Program-made: the position numbers and the translations under genes
DNA from: Octopus vulgaris
Taxonomy: Eukaryota
Length of the DNA stretch: 64,000 nt
Direction of reading: 5' to 3'
Assembly: GCA_951406725.2 (NCBI GenBank)
Contig: OX597818.1
Location: 136,090,001-136,154,000, forward strand
Shown here: piece by piece, positions 39,888-53,740 of the stretch
Numbering within the stretch: the first letter of the stretch is position 1
Layout of the letters: each line of letters starts with the position of its first letter
The notes under the pieces: generated by a model
The model's database searches: none
What the model saw: the letters and a program-made list of their open reading frames with translations, nothing else
Told to the model about the DNA's origin: nothing

Positions 39888-41000
39888 CAGTGGCGACTCC
39901 TGTATAGGAACTGCAGAACTGCAGCACCCCCTATTTCCACTCGATATTATCGGTAACATTCAATATAACAAGTCCTTTTTTCTTTAATTCTTTCTTTATA
40001 TTTGTACATTTTATAATCATTAAGCTTAATGTCAGTAGTCATCCCCTAGTTTATGAAAAAAATACAAAAATCTTTGTATAGAACTGTGCGCTTCACAGTT
40101 CCAGCGACGCGGTGTTTGGCTGCTGTGCGCATGCTCACATGTCCGAGATAAGAAGCTTCATGCTAGGGAGAGAGAGAACTGTGGTTACACAGTGCCGACC
40201 CTGGTATGCTGGTAAAAGGTAGTGTTTCTTTTTGACTCCGCGTGTGCTGTGCTTAAAAACGTGTTTATATTCTTGAATATGATAAAGCGTAGGATTAGAT
40301 TATTATCCTGTTTCCAGCTAAAGTGTTGCTGCTAGGATTTGAAAGATAGGGCAGATTCCTACCCACCTTATCTTGTGATTTAGGGAGGAATTTTGAAAAA
40401 CAAGGGGAAATTCGCGGCTGTGTTCAGGTGAATTAAACGCACAATCCGGCAGTGGCTAAAACGTGAACCGATCAAGTTCATGTATAAATTTTCTTTCTAT
40501 ACTCTTTTACTCTTTTACTTGTTTCAGTCATTTGACTGCGGCCATGCTGGAGCACCACCTTTAGTCGAGCAAATCGACCCCGGGACTTATTCTTTGTAAG
40601 CCCAGTACTTATTCTATCGGTCTTTTTTTGCCAAACCGCTAAGTGACGGGGACGTAAACACCCCGGCATCGGTTGTCAAGCGATGGTGGGGGGACAAACA
40701 CAGACACACAAACATATACACACACATACATATATATATATATACATATATACGACAGGCTTCTTTCAGTTTCCGTCTACCAAATCCACTCACAAGGCAT
40801 TGGTCGGCCCGAGGCTATAGCAGAAGACACTTGCCCAAGATGCCACACAGTGGGACTGAACCCGGAACCATGTGGCTGGTAAGCAAGCTACTTACCACAC
40901 AGCCACTCCTGCGCCTATATGTTTGTTTCCTTATTAAAACAACGGCTAAAAATCTTCTGAAGCAGCGTCCCCAACTAATTTTATCTACGAGTCACCACTG
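39888..41000. mobile_element. Non-autonomous hAT-type transposon carrying a SINE D
   Basis: TIR cagtggcgactc / gagtcaccactg; perfect 8-bp TSD ctcatgac (39880-39887, 41001-41008). Confidence 0.85.
40500..40918 (-). mobile_element. SINE family D
   Basis: Full length, nested in the hAT element. Confidence 0.9.
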
Positions 41001-41109
41001 CTCATGACTATGATATAAGGCAAGGATTTTTAGTGTTCATTGTGAGAAATTCCGCGGTTCTGCAAGATATGGTATCTTTTAAAAGAATTTATTAAAAAAT
41101 TATTTTCAG

Positions 41110-41213
41110 TCTCGCTGTGCGGCTTCGTGGGCGAGGTTTTATACTATATCTCCGAACCGACCAATACCTTCTGAGTGAATTTCATAGACGGAAACTACGT
41201 AGAAGCCCTTCAC

Positions 41214-41282
<69 letters not shown>

Positions 41283-41690
41283 ATCCAAACAAGAAAGCAC
41301 AAAAAAACACAGCAACGCGAGGACGTGGAACAAATATAGTATTATTGGACGCTCAGGAAAGAAGGAGGGTTTAACGTTTCGAGCGGAGCTCTTCGTCGGA
41401 AACATAGGAGAAGGAAAGATCCAGAGAAGGGAAGACAGAGGGGAAAAAATCGCCAACGGTACGCGCGCGGTCACATTTTGAATATATATATATATGTATG
41501 TGTGTGTGTGTCCATCGTTTGACAGCCGTTGTTGGTTTGCTTACCTCCACGTAACCTTGTAGGTTGGTAATAGAGAACGACAAAAATAAGTACCACACTT
41601 AAAAAGTAAGTACTGGGGTCTAAAATCTTTCAAGGCGGTGTTCCAGCATGGCCGCAGTCCAATAACTGAAGCAAATAAAAGAAAAGATAA
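41110..41690 (+). mobile_element. Old SINE D split by a Penelope-like fragment (41280-41480)
   Basis: 5' part 41110-41215, (TA)n, insert, 3' part 41510-41690. Confidence 0.7.
41369..41404 (-). ncRNA. Minimal hammerhead ribozyme variant (U4C)
   Basis: gttt-CCGACGA-a-gagc-tcc-gctc-GAAAC-GTT-aaac. Confidence 0.6.
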
Positions 41691-42153
41691 ACTATCAAAA
41701 ATAAAATGGCTTCAGCACTTCTCTCTCTAAATCAATTTTTGTTTCATTCAATGTCTTCAGGTTGTCGAGGTTTTTTCTGCAAAATATATAAGCGTTGGTT
41801 CTGCAATTTAAAAATAAAAATATCGTATAAGGTTTCCACGACAAAATAAATTTGGGAGCGGCTGGCTTAAGCGTAAAACTAAAAATTGAAACCGGATTGT
41901 CGTCTTTAAAAGAACTTTATCGTCTAATTGATGATCATAAAAATAATACTGCCTCCTCTCTCGTTCGATAACACTGTCTCTCATTGTCAAATTTTCCCCT
42001 TGTCTTCTTTTTTATTCAACCTTTAAAATTTATATATATATATACACATATATATATATATATATACATATATATATACATACACATATATATACATATA
42101 TACATACACACATATATATATATACATATACACATACACATATATATATACAT

Positions 42154-42184
<31 letters not shown>

Positions 42185-43633
42185 CATATATACACAAACG
42201 CACACACACGACAAAGAACCTAACAATTAAGTCCCTGGCGATGTAGTGAATGAATAATATTGACTTAAAACTTTAGTTTTATTCGGTATTAAGCGACTGG
42301 ACAATTAAATTTGCTATTGTTCAGGGAAACACTCGATAAAGATGTTCCAAGCGTCATGATCGGGAATTAACAACTATACTGAATGGGGGCACAAAAGCAG
42401 ATTTGTTTGAACAAAATCAGTAGGTCTACGAAGACGCGTTTAAACAATAGTGTACAGTAACCTTACAATAATTGGCGGCTCCTCCGACCAATGACCGTTA
42501 CCATATTGTTAATACGACACGGACTTGCTTTATTTCACAATGCGTGTCAAAAGTTCAACATTTTTCGTAAAGAAAAAGGTTATTGGTAGCACACTTCTTT
42601 CTGTGTCTCTTAAGAGCTTCAGAATCAGAGCATTAATTTAGCAGCCCCCAACTAACCCCTTCCACTAAATCCCATTTCCCAAGACTATCTAAACATGCTT
42701 AGCGTCGATAATAAGAGCCCCTTGTTTTTCTTTCTCTGCTTAGCATTAATTGTCGTCATTCTTTTTTTTCTCCTTCTTCCAGTTCCATGCTCTTGTTTAC
42801 TGTGGGTGAAACTATTGCAGTCGTGATATCAGCTAAATCCCGCCAATGAAAATACTTTAAATTACCACTGTGACTGGAATATAAAATTAAGTAAATAAAC
42901 ACAGATAATTACTAATATTCTCCATATTCTTCGATTTTATTATTATTTTTTTTGTGTGTGCCAAACTGTATCCGTATTCATTAAGCTAACATGCGTATGT
43001 ACGTAACTTTGTGTGTAAACGTATGTTTGTGTATAAACGTACGGTTTATGCATTAATGTTCGTGTGTCAACGCGACTTTGTGTATAGATGTGTGTTCGTG
43101 TATACACTTGTGTATAGATGTGTGTATAGATGTGTGTTCCTGTACAAACGTGTATGAATGGAAGAAAATATCTGTTCTAATGTAGTTTTTGTTTCTGTAT
43201 ATATTAAATACGGAACCAATGTTGCAGTGACTTGTAATAAAGAGTCAAACGTAACAATTACTCCCTATGAGACAAAGGTTGGTCATACTACGCTGGTTAG
43301 AGTTTATTGAAGGGTCACAATTCAATCTGTCGTTGATTGTGTTTCATTGTTAATGAACGAATGGTGTTAACCCATGCGTGACCACCATGGCTATAACTTT
43401 GTTACTGAACAATAGTCTAGTTGTGTGTGTGTGTAATAAATGGCGAAGGTTTGAGTAATAAATTATATTATAAAATACAACAAAGTGACGGTAGTTACAT
43501 AGTTGAGTAGTCTAACCTATTAGTTTCCGCCGTGTCACGGGTTCGAATCTCGCTGTCAACGATGTGTTTGAGTGCGTTGCATTGTAACGTTAACGTTTAA
43601 GCTCCCTGAGCGCGAATCTGTAACGAAAGTTAA

Positions 43634-44049
43634 ATAAGTGCATAGGAGTGGCTGTGTGGTAAGTAGCTTGCTAACCAACCACATGGTTCCGGGTTCAGTC
43701 CCACTGTGTGGCATCTTGGGCAAGTGTCTTCTGCTATAGCCCCGGGCCGACCAATTCCTTGTGAGTGGATTTGGTAGACGGAAACTGAAAGAAGCCTGTC
43801 GTATATATGTATATATATATATATATGTGTGTGTGTGTCTGTGTTTCTCCCCCTAGCATTGCTTGACAACCGATGCTGCTGTATTTACGTCCCCGTCACT
43901 TAGCGGTTCGGCAAAAGAGACTGATAGAATAAGTACTGGGCTTACAAAGAATAAGTCCCGGGGTCGATTTGCTCGACTAAAGGCGGTGCTCCAGCATGGC
44001 CGCAGTCAAATGACTGAAACAAGTAAAAGAATAAAAGAATAAAAGAATA
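43634..44049 (+). mobile_element. SINE family D
   Basis: Full length, (aaaagaat)n tail. Confidence 0.9.
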
Positions 44050-44342
44050 ATGTAGAGAGAGGATGGGGTGGAACATAGCCCCACCACGACCACCACCTCT
44101 AAAATGCGTGTCCTGTAGCTCAATGGATAAAGTGGCTTTCGATATTCATTTCTTCTGGCTTTTTACGCACTGAGTTCAAATCTCGCTGGGGTCTATTTTG
44201 CTTTTCATCACTCCGTCTCTGCGTGGTAAATAAAATAAAACACCAGTCAAATACCGGTATCGGGGTATCGACTTAACCACTTCCACTGTACTTAAATTGG
44301 AAGCAATTATTACATTTAAAAACTAAAATTTATAATAATCAC

Positions 44343-44524
44343 ATAGGCGCAGGAGTCGCTGTGTGGTAAGTAGCTTGCTAACCAACCACATGGTTCCGGG
44401 TTCAGTCCCATTGCGTAGCATCTTCTGCAAGTGTCTTCTGCTATAGCCCCGGGCCGACCAATGCCTTGTGAGTGGATTTGGTAGACGGAAACTGAAAGAA
44501 GCCTGTCGTATATATGTATATATA

Positions 44525-44559
<35 letters not shown>

Positions 44560-44750
44560 GTGTGTATGTTTGTGTGTCTGTGTTTGTCCCCCTAGCATTG
44601 ACAACCGATGCTGGTTCGGCAAAAAGTGACCGATAGAATAAGTACTGGGCTTACAAAGAATAAGTCCCGGGGTTGATTTGCTCGACTAAAGGCGGTGCTC
44701 CAGCATGGCCGCAGTCAAATGACTGAAACAAGTAAAAGAGAGTAAAGAGT
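44343..44750 (+). mobile_element. SINE family D
   Basis: Near full length, small deletion. Confidence 0.9.
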
Positions 44751-44879
44751 ATAGATTTGCTTCAAATCGATATACAAGAGAAAGGAATTAGTCTTTCAGA
44801 GTCTTACCAAGAAAGTGGCAATTAGAGAACGCAGTATAATATCAACTTTATTACAGGAAGCAGGAGAACTTTAAAAGGC

Positions 44880-45282
44880 GGTAATTTCCTATTATAGACT
44901 GCTAATTTTTGTTTTTATTTACCATAAAATTAGTTAATAAACTATTATACTCATGAGACGGATGTTAATAGATGATCAGCGAACTTTCGGAATAGCTATC
45001 ACTTTTTCATAGAGACGGAAAAGGGTAAGGAATTAGGTAATTGCTTCCTTCTATGAAAGAATTTTATTACCCGAAACATTTAATTTTCAATATTTTTTGC
45101 CCTCCAATTTCATGCCATTTTCCGGTAAATTTTTACTGGAATTTTTTCTACTAAGTAGTGATAACTATTTCCGAAAGTTCGCCAATCAATTGTTAAAACC
45201 ATCTCACTAGTGTATTTACTAAACCTTTAGTAAAAAGAAAAAATAATTAAAAAAAACGGTTGTCGATAATAGAAAAGTATCT
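44880..45282. mobile_element. Old long-TIR MITE
   Basis: gcgaactttcggaatagctatcact (about 44980) inverted as agtgataactatttccgaaagttcgc (about 45157); weaker symmetry extends outward. Confidence 0.6.
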
Positions 45283-45693
45283 AAAAGATTTTAGGTGAAA
45301 CGTGCTATACGCATTCGAAGCAGTATTTAATTAAAATAGCCTTTTATATAGAAAAGTAATATATACGCACTGTCGATAGGCCAGTTACTTCAGTATTTGA
45401 CCTGAAATAGTATCTCTAATATTTTTCATTTTTAACCTCGTTTATAGTACGCACTAGGGATTTTGACCTTTAAATTTTGGGGTGGAAATGCGAATTATAC
45501 TCGAGGATTTACGGTATTCGCTTACTTACAAGGACATGACAGACACGAGAGAAACTGAAAGTAAAAGTAGATTGTATGACATTTTATATTTAGCGATGTA
45601 AGTGAAGTGAAATGTCTAAATGTTGGAAACTGAAACCGAACTACGAAATCACCTAGTTGTGATTCTAAGGAACTCACTACTTAAAGGACAAAT

Positions 45694-45853
45694 CAGTATT
45701 TTAGCTGGGGGTTGGCGAGGAGGCGGCCCACCTTGGACGATGCTTTTAAAGGGGCAGCATTTTGAGGCCTACTGTATAAGCCTGTATGGGAAGCGGATGG
45801 ATACGGCAAACTCAAGGCTGATCCGAGTGGCATACACTCTAGCTACGTCACTG
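45694..45853. mobile_element. Short old hAT-type MITE
   Basis: cagtattttagct / agctacgtcactg ends; 8-bp TSD ggacaaat/agacaaat. Confidence 0.6.
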
Positions 45854-46554
45854 AGACAAATTTCAGACATTCATATTTTACCGAAAGGATTTAGGTATCG
45901 AACTGATGACTAAAGAGTTCATGACTAATTGTTCTGTTACAGACGACTTATGGAGTAAGTGTTGAGTGCACTTTCACTACGACGAGTATTTCGCTAGCTT
46001 ACAGGACAGATTCCAATACTCTCCTTACAAGTGAAGTGTGAAAGGAAATGATGAAGTATAACATAAGCGATGAGGATTAAAGACAAGTCTTCCAACATTT
46101 CTTTTCTAAAATAAATTAAAGGAAAAGGCTTCACCTCAATTTTAGGAGATGTTGATATGTAAAGGTTGGGCTAATTTTGAACTGAAATTATACCGATGAT
46201 GATGATGATGATGATGATGATAATGATGATGATGATGGTAGCTGTGGTGGAGTAAACCTATTGAAGTCGTAACCATCTAGCCTGTATATCAGTGACTACT
46301 ACGTTATCTAATGTGTCCTCTCGGAAATGAAGACGATAGCGGGGTCCGATGTGAGGGACATAGCTATTTCTAGCAGGTCGAGCCATTACGTGGAGGCTTG
46401 CTCCATACATAGCACGTTGATCCTCAACAAGAGGGAATCCCGAATTCAAATCTGAAGTCACTTTATGTGTCTCCCCCACTCCACACACACACACACATAC
46501 AAAATAAAAACATTTTAATATATTTAACTGGTAGAGTGCCGGACTACATGTATC

Positions 46555-46895
46555 ATTTACTTGTTTCAGTCGCTGGACTGCGGCCATGCTGAGGCATTCT
46601 TGGAAGGGTTTTGGTGGAACAAATCGACTCTTGTCCTTAATTTTAAAATCTAGTACTTATTCTATCGGTCTCTTATGCCGAACTGCTAAGTTACGGAGAC
46701 GGGAACAAACCAGCCCCGGTTATCAAGTGGTGGGTGGGACAAACATACATACATATTTATATGACAAGCATTCATACTGCTTCTGCTTACCAAATTAGTT
46801 TGCAAGGTATTGATCGGCCTTCCCGAAGTTATAGTAGCAGATATTTGTCCAAGTGCTGCGCAGTGGGATTGAACGTAAACCACGTGGCAGCAAAG
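46555..46895 (-). mobile_element. Old SINE family D
   Basis: Diverged match. Confidence 0.75.
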
Positions 46896-47279
46896 CCTGT
46901 GTAGGTATTTAGTTATGTCCCTTTACATTTTGATTCCCTTTATCCGACGACACCATTATTTCTTTATTGCCCACAAAAGGTTAAAGCAATGTCTGAGTCT
47001 CTATTTGCTGTCCGGCAATGTTTATTCAGACGCATTTTGTGATGTCGGGCGCGAAAATACATTAAGCTAAACCTAAAAGCAATAAAGTCATAAAAGAATC
47101 ATCCATAACTTGCAGTAAGCAACATTTATTAAAATAAAAGTATTCAGAACACAGAATAACATGTAACAAAAACAACTAGCAAACATATTTACATTCCCAG
47201 TTAAGAACATCATCATTATTGTATTACGCATGCGCGAAATTTTTTGTCCGACTAGTTGCTGCTGGCTTAATTAGGCACG

Positions 47280-47399
47280 ACTCAAGTTAGAGAAGGAGTG
47301 CGTATTATACACAAGGTTTAGGTTTTTCAGAAGTACAGCCTCCTAAAAATCCTCTGCGTATTATACTCAAGGGCGGACTATACTCGAGGATTTACGGTA
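47280..47399. mobile_element. pogo/Tc2-like transposon end (second copy at about 45490-45516)
   Basis: Shared terminal tatactcgaggatttacgg+TA. Confidence 0.5.
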
Positions 47400-48092
47400 T
47401 GTATTTACAGAATTTTTTTTTCCTATACTACTTACTCCATTCTTAACGTTTCTTCCTTTTTCTTTGCTTTATTTCCAGTTTTAAAATTCCTCTGTCCTAA
47501 ACTCTCTTATCTCTAGACCGATATTTCAATCAATAATTACATTGTTTTCACTTCAAACTATCACGCATCTGGTAGATTAAAGTTACTCACACAACGGAGA
47601 CGATCTAGCATGAAATATAAAGCGCGCGCGCAATTTCTGTCGCCCTCTCCCCACCCTCTCTCTCTCATCTGCTCTCTGAAGTGGATGCACGCAAGAACAC
47701 AAATGAATCCGATTTGTTATTTTGGTAAATCTTCAATCACCGTGAGAAGATGGAAACGGTTTTAGCATCGGACCAAAGTATATTTGATCGGATGCATTAA
47801 GTGTAGAGGAAACTAGCTAGCCCTGCTTGTAGTGTGCAACGAAAGAATTCTTTAAGCTGGCTGGGATGACGGCATTACGTGAGATAGAAGAGAAACATGG
47901 GAAGGTTCAGTGCTGACATGTAACGACTTTCATCGCTCTTCTGTCTGAGCTGTGCGGATTATTGTAGCTGCACGCAGAACAAGTATAAATTCAATTCCAT
48001 TTTAATTAAAAACAGAACTTATTTTTATGAAAATAGAGAATGTGATTATAATGTTCCGAATTACATCTATGCTTTGATAATTTTATTGTTTA

Positions 48093-48490
48093 CTAGCAGT
48101 ATCGCCCGGCGTTGCTCGGGTTTGTAAGGGAAATAACTATATAAGCATTTTTAGAGAGTTATAGCAAAAAAATAGCAAAAAAATGCATTAAAAATGGAAA
48201 AAAAATGATGGTAAATTTTTTTTAAAAATCGTTGACTCATCGTAGACATTTTTAGAGAGTTACTTCTCTCATATAATAGCGAAAAAATGCATTAAAATGG
48301 AAAAAAATGATGATAAATTTTTTTTAAATCGTAGACTCATCGTAGACGCGCGCTAATACCCAGAAGGGCTCGATATGAATCACGACTATAAGATACCCGC
48401 TTTTGGTTAAACTGCACCGCAAAATGTGGGAGTAGTTAGGAATCTAAATCGTAGGAGACAGACACACAACCTCTCTTTTATATATAAAGA
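48093..48490 (-). mobile_element. Non-autonomous Helitron, family C
   Basis: TC...hairpin-CTAG. Confidence 0.88.
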
Positions 48491-48522
48491 TTTATGATTT
48501 TGTTCTGTAAATGGTAAAATGC

Positions 48523-48910
48523 TTGGCAAACCTACCCAAGTGCCACTCCACCCCTGATTTTGTTTCCTCATGACATCCAGAAGAATGGATATTTTTAATG
48601 AAATTTTCTACAAATACACTTCATATGGTGTAGATCCCAATTGTATCGGGATTTGTTGTGAATAAATTTCTTCAAGAGTAAGGAGAAGAGTTTAAGGAAA
48701 ATTCCCACAAAGTCGGGTTTGTTTCCTCAAGGAATTTTCCGAAACTCTTTTCCCTATCCTTGGAAAAATTTATTCACAACAAATTCCAATATAATTGGAA
48801 TCTACACCGTCTGAAACGTATTTGTATAATATTTAATTAAAGTATCTCTTTTTCTGAAAGTTATGAGGAAACAAAGTCGGGGCAGGGCACATTTGTGTAG
48901 GTTTGCCAAA
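48523..48910. mobile_element. Fully palindromic old MITE (about 390 bp)
   Basis: ttggcaaacctac...gtaggtttgccaa; internal arms also symmetric (ttgttgtgaataaattt / aaatttattcacaacaa). Confidence 0.78.
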
Positions 48911-49101
48911 ATCTCTTTATATTAACTCCAATAAAAATAATATTGTGAGCTTTTAAACACGAACATTCCTTTGTATCATTTAGTTATTGGGAAAATGATG
49001 GCAAACAAAAATCTGTGTCGTTCGGCTTTGCACGACAATTATAACAAAGCACATTGTTTCGTCCCTCTTCTTTAAAATGTTGAGATTATATTGTGTGTAA
49101 A

Positions 49102-49495
49102 GGAGGCGCGTGGCTTAGCGGTTAGGGTTGTTGCACTCATAGTCGTAAGATTGTAGTTTCGATTCCTGGCCCAGGTGATGCGTTGTGTTCTTGAGCAAAA
49201 CACTTCGTTTCACGTTGCTCCAGTCCACTCAGCTGGCAAAAATAAGTCATCTTTTTGGGCGTTGCTGTGTGGTAAGAAGCTTGCTTCCCAACCACACGGT
49301 TCCGAGTTCTGTCGCACTACCTGGCACCTTGGGCAGGTGTCTTCTGTTATAACACCAGGTTGACCAAAGCCTTGTGAGTAGATTTGGTAGACGGAAACTG
49401 AATGAAGTCCATTGTATATATGTATATATATCACTGTGTGTGTCTTTATGTATAGGTTTTTCCCCCACCACCACCACTTGATAATCGGTGTTGGG
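49102..49495 (+). mobile_element. SINE E head followed by SINE D 5' part
   Basis: ggaggcgcgtggcttagcggttagg head; SINE D from about 49257. Confidence 0.7.
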
Positions 49496-49790
49496 ACTAA
49501 TATATCGATAAGAGGGCATTTTTTCTCCCCATGACCCTTGACAACAATATCTAGTTGATTAGTCTTGATCTCCTTGTCTGGGTGTATTGGCATATCCCAG
49601 GGTCTTTGCCATTGTTGGGGACCTTTTCTGGTGTATCTCTATACCATCTCTTTTCTGTTGATATTTCATAATACTGGTATTACGTGTACGTAAGTTTCTG
49701 GTATTCCAGTGTACGTAAGTTTCAACTCTGTCATGTTTGTGGGTGTAGCCTTTCTTAGCTAAGACTAGGCACCCCATCTGCCTATATTCT
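49490..49790 (-). pseudogene. R4/Dong-like LINE restriction-like endonuclease fragment
   Basis: HKHDRVETYVHW...MPIHPDKEIKTNQLDIVVKGHGEKKCPLIDILVP, matching the RHD..IHW / TD..NRPDIV..C.LID pattern. Confidence 0.7.
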
Positions 49791-49920
49791 GCAGTTACTG
49801 TATTCTGCTTTACAATATGCTGTTGGAGGATTCTAGAATGCAGAACAAAAGATTGCAGTCGGTCATTTAAAATTTGGTACAGAAATACCTTATGCACTTA
49901 CAGAAGGACTACTAAGATAT

Positions 49921-50311
49921 TGGAGGCGCAATGGCCCAGTGGTTAGGGCAGCGGACTCGCGGTCATAGGATCGCGGTTTCGATTCCCAGACCGGACGTTG
50001 TGAGTGTTTATTGAGCGAAAACACCTAAAAGCTCCACGAGGCTCCGGCAGGGGATGGTGGTGATCCCTGCTGTACTCTTTCACCACAACTTTCTCTCACT
50101 CTTTCTTCCTGTTTCTGTTGTACCTGTATTTCAAAGGGCCGGCCTTGTCACTCTCTGTGTCACGCTGAATATCCCCGAGAACTACGTTAAGGGTGCACGT
50201 GTCTGTGGAGTGCTCAGCCACTTACACGTTAATTTCACGAGCAGGCTGTTCCGTTGATTCGGATCAACCGGAACCCTCATCGTTGTAACCGACGGAGTGC
50301 TTCCATCATCC
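49921..50311 (+). mobile_element. SINE family A
   Basis: TSD actaagatat. Confidence 0.93.
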
Positions 50312-50914
50312 ACTAAGATATTATATAACAGACCTTTGGATTAGCGAAGCTAAAAACCTTACACATCCGGAAGTTAGCACTGTTTCATTATCTAACAGAG
50401 AATTTGTCTTTCTATGCATGCTATGACATTTCAATTAGTCGTTAAGTTTTAGGTATACGGCAATAAATATATAATATCAAGTCATCATTTATGTATACTT
50501 GGTCTACCCCATTAAATTATCAATAATCTCATTAGCAGATATAACAAAAGGTTGTCTGAAACAGATCTATAGATTTTGTTGAAGGCAAAACTCGTTCAAA
50601 AGTACTAAACGGATGGAATTGGCGATATTGATTTATTTTTCGCTTTCAATAGGTTAACTCTCTAAGGGACTTTAAATGGAAGAATCTATCTGCTTATTCT
50701 AATATGGCAAGAACCGCTTCTTTGTGACATTGAGTCGGAACGTTCGGCATCGGGAGGCCAGTTTAAATCTGGGTTTTTGTTCCCTAAGCAATTCCACGTT
50801 AAAAACGGTTTTCTCTACATTATACGTATTCGCCTCTAACTTGTAGATAGAGTATCAAAGTTAATATAATGTTAAATTAGCGTGTGCCTATGATCTGAGG
50901 TGTACATGTATATA

Positions 50915-51181
50915 CTCCGGCAGGGGATGGTAGTGATCCCTGCTGTACTCTTTCACCACAACTTTCTCTCACTCTTACCTCCTGTTTCTGTTGTACCTGT
51001 ATTTCAAGGGGCCGGCCTTGTCACTCTCTGTGTCACGCTGAATATCCCCGAGAACTAAGTTAAGGGTACACGTGTCTGTGGAGTGCTCAGCCACTTACAC
51101 GTTAATTTCACGAGCAGGCTGTTCCGTTGATTCGGATCAACCGGAACCCTCGTCGTCGTAACCGACGGAGTGCTTCCATCC
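50915..51181 (+). mobile_element. 5'-truncated SINE family A
   Basis: 11-bp TSD acatgtatata. Confidence 0.92.
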
Positions 51182-52807
51182 ACATGTATATAATAATGTG
51201 TATGCATATAGTTTTCTATTCAAGTATATAACACGTGCCCCTTTGGGTTTATTTATATAATTATATATGTTTATACATACATACATACCTTGTTGTTGAT
51301 GTTGACGTTCCAATGAAGGAGACTTGGATCTAGGTTAGAAACCAGTTCTTTCTCTATTAGCAAGAAATCTTGAAATAAAACTAAATGACAAACATATACA
51401 CACACACATATATATATTTCGTGGGTGTATATATATACACACATCTATCTACATACACGCACACAAACGCATACATGCACACACATACACGCAATCACGT
51501 AAACCACTGCTGGCCCTGCACAAAACACTTCACCTAACACTTCCTTCTCAGAACATCACCCTTCTGGAATTCCATCCTTGCACATGTATCTCATACTACT
51601 ACCACCTTGCAGCAATCCATAAGAAACATTAAGCTCATCAGTCTCACTCAAAGGACTGAGAAGGCTCATGTGCCTTCTCAAAGCTTCCTCCAGACTCCCA
51701 CCTCCCAAAATGGAGTTGAGCGACTAAGTTGGTTCGTAATTGCCATTTAGTTTTGTCACCGTTGTTTAATTTGAATCACTGTGATTCCAATCTATTAAGT
51801 TATAGTGCTAACGATAGATTCCTGTTGCGTAAAACAATTTGTCCCGCTGTGGAAAAGGGATGGTAAAAGTGTGTGTGCGATAGGAGAGCAGACATACGCA
51901 CATTCACAAGCATATGAATGCTATTGATGCACAACTACATACATGCACACAGACGACAATTATCTGAGTGTGTATGTGTGTATGAGAAAGTGTGTGTATG
52001 GGAGTATCTGTATATGTGCACAGGCCATTAGCATTCGTATGCGTGTGACTATGTGTATGTGAAGACGTGCCTAGTGGTGTTTGTTTAATTTCCCCTCTTT
52101 TACTATTTACCTGACGATTTAATGCAAGCGTTTTAGAGTAAGTCATTGTCATGAAGATTGAACATCTATCTATGATATTTTCCATATATTAATAACTGTC
52201 TTCTTAACTCTTTTCGTAAAATGTGTGTAACGGTATGTGCTGGCTATAGAGACTTTTGAACTATCTATATACTAATCCTATCTTTCTATCTTTCTTTGTA
52301 AAAGATGTGCAACGGTATATACTGGATACTGGTGTCGCCAACGATGTAAAAAATCAAGTGCTTCTTAAAATATTTTATTACCGAAACAGAGTTTGGTATG
52401 TTACGTCGGACAACGATCATAGAACGCGACAGCGAGAATTGAATAGAAAGAGGCAGAGAAGATATAGGGAAAATTAAGGGAATAGCAAAAAGAAGAAAGA
52501 AGAATTAGGAGTAAAGAAGTCAGAATCAAGAAGACTAGGAGAATTAACCCAAGAGGAAAGGAGTAAAATTAATGCAAGAAATGGAGCTTGACGGTATCAT
52601 CTGCTTAACGATGAAACTGAAGCAAATAGGGAAAAAATAAGAATTGCTAATAAAAAAAAGGGGGCAAATGATAGGCGATGATGACAGACAAAAATATTTT
52701 GCGCAAGTCAGATTGAGGAAACAAGTCACAAGAGAATAGACGTTTTCTAGAAATTAATTCAAGAATTGTGAAGGTAAATAACAGGATATTATTACCGAAA
52801 TGTTTAT

Positions 52808-53144
52808 GAAGGCGCATGGCTCAGTGTTTAGGACATCGGGCTCATAATCATAAAGTAATAAGTTCGATTCCGGACCGAGCTGTGTTGTGTTCTCGAACAA
52901 GACATTTTATTTCACGTCGCTCCAGTTCACTCAGGTGTAGGAAATGAGTTGCAACGTCACTGGCACCAAGTTGTATCGGCCTTTGCCTTTCCCTTGGATA
53001 ACATCCAAGGGGAAGTGGGAAATAGGGACTGGTATGCATGGGCGACAGTTTGTCTTCCATAAACAACCTTGCCCAGACTTGTGCCAGGGAGGGTAACTGT
53101 CTTGGTGCAATCCTATGGTCATTCATGATCGAAGGGGGTCTCTT
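52808..53144 (+). mobile_element. tRNA-derived SINE family E
   Basis: ggcgcatggctcagtg...gttcgattcc head; flanking repeat attacc(g/c)aaat(g/a)tttat. Confidence 0.75.
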
Positions 53145-53740
53145 ATTACCCAAATATTTATAGCTGATATTACCGAAATATTTATAGCTGATATTGCACC
53201 ACAAAATGGGGCGTGGAATTTCCACAGGTTCTTCTAGTTTCTTATTAAAGTGATACTCTGCTTTCTCTATGAACATTGGCTGGAAAGCAGAGAAATAATT
53301 CGTATATAGGGAGTCTCAAAGTAAAAGAAAAAACAAAAAAAATCAATATGAATAATTAATCATAGTTTATGTTGAAATACGAAACGATGAATATATGTTA
53401 ATTGTATGAACAAGAGATGGTGTTTGTCGCATAGAAGACGGTTTAGAGAATCGTCTCTTCGAAATTGGTGTCGTTGTTGGTGTTTAGCTCCAGGCCGACC
53501 CTTATTGAGCAGACCCAATGAGTAGGCGTATGGTAGCAATGACCATGGGTTTCAGTCAAGTACTGAGGTCGAATTAATCGTGTTGTTTTCCTTCCGCCGC
53601 TAGCGATGTGGCCTTGTGCTTATGTTAGATATGTACGTCGTAAGATTTTATGCGTGTAGCACTGTCTATGGAATGTGTGTGCGTGTGTGTATGTATAAAT
53701 ATATATATATGTGTGTCTGTGCATGTATATATATATATAT

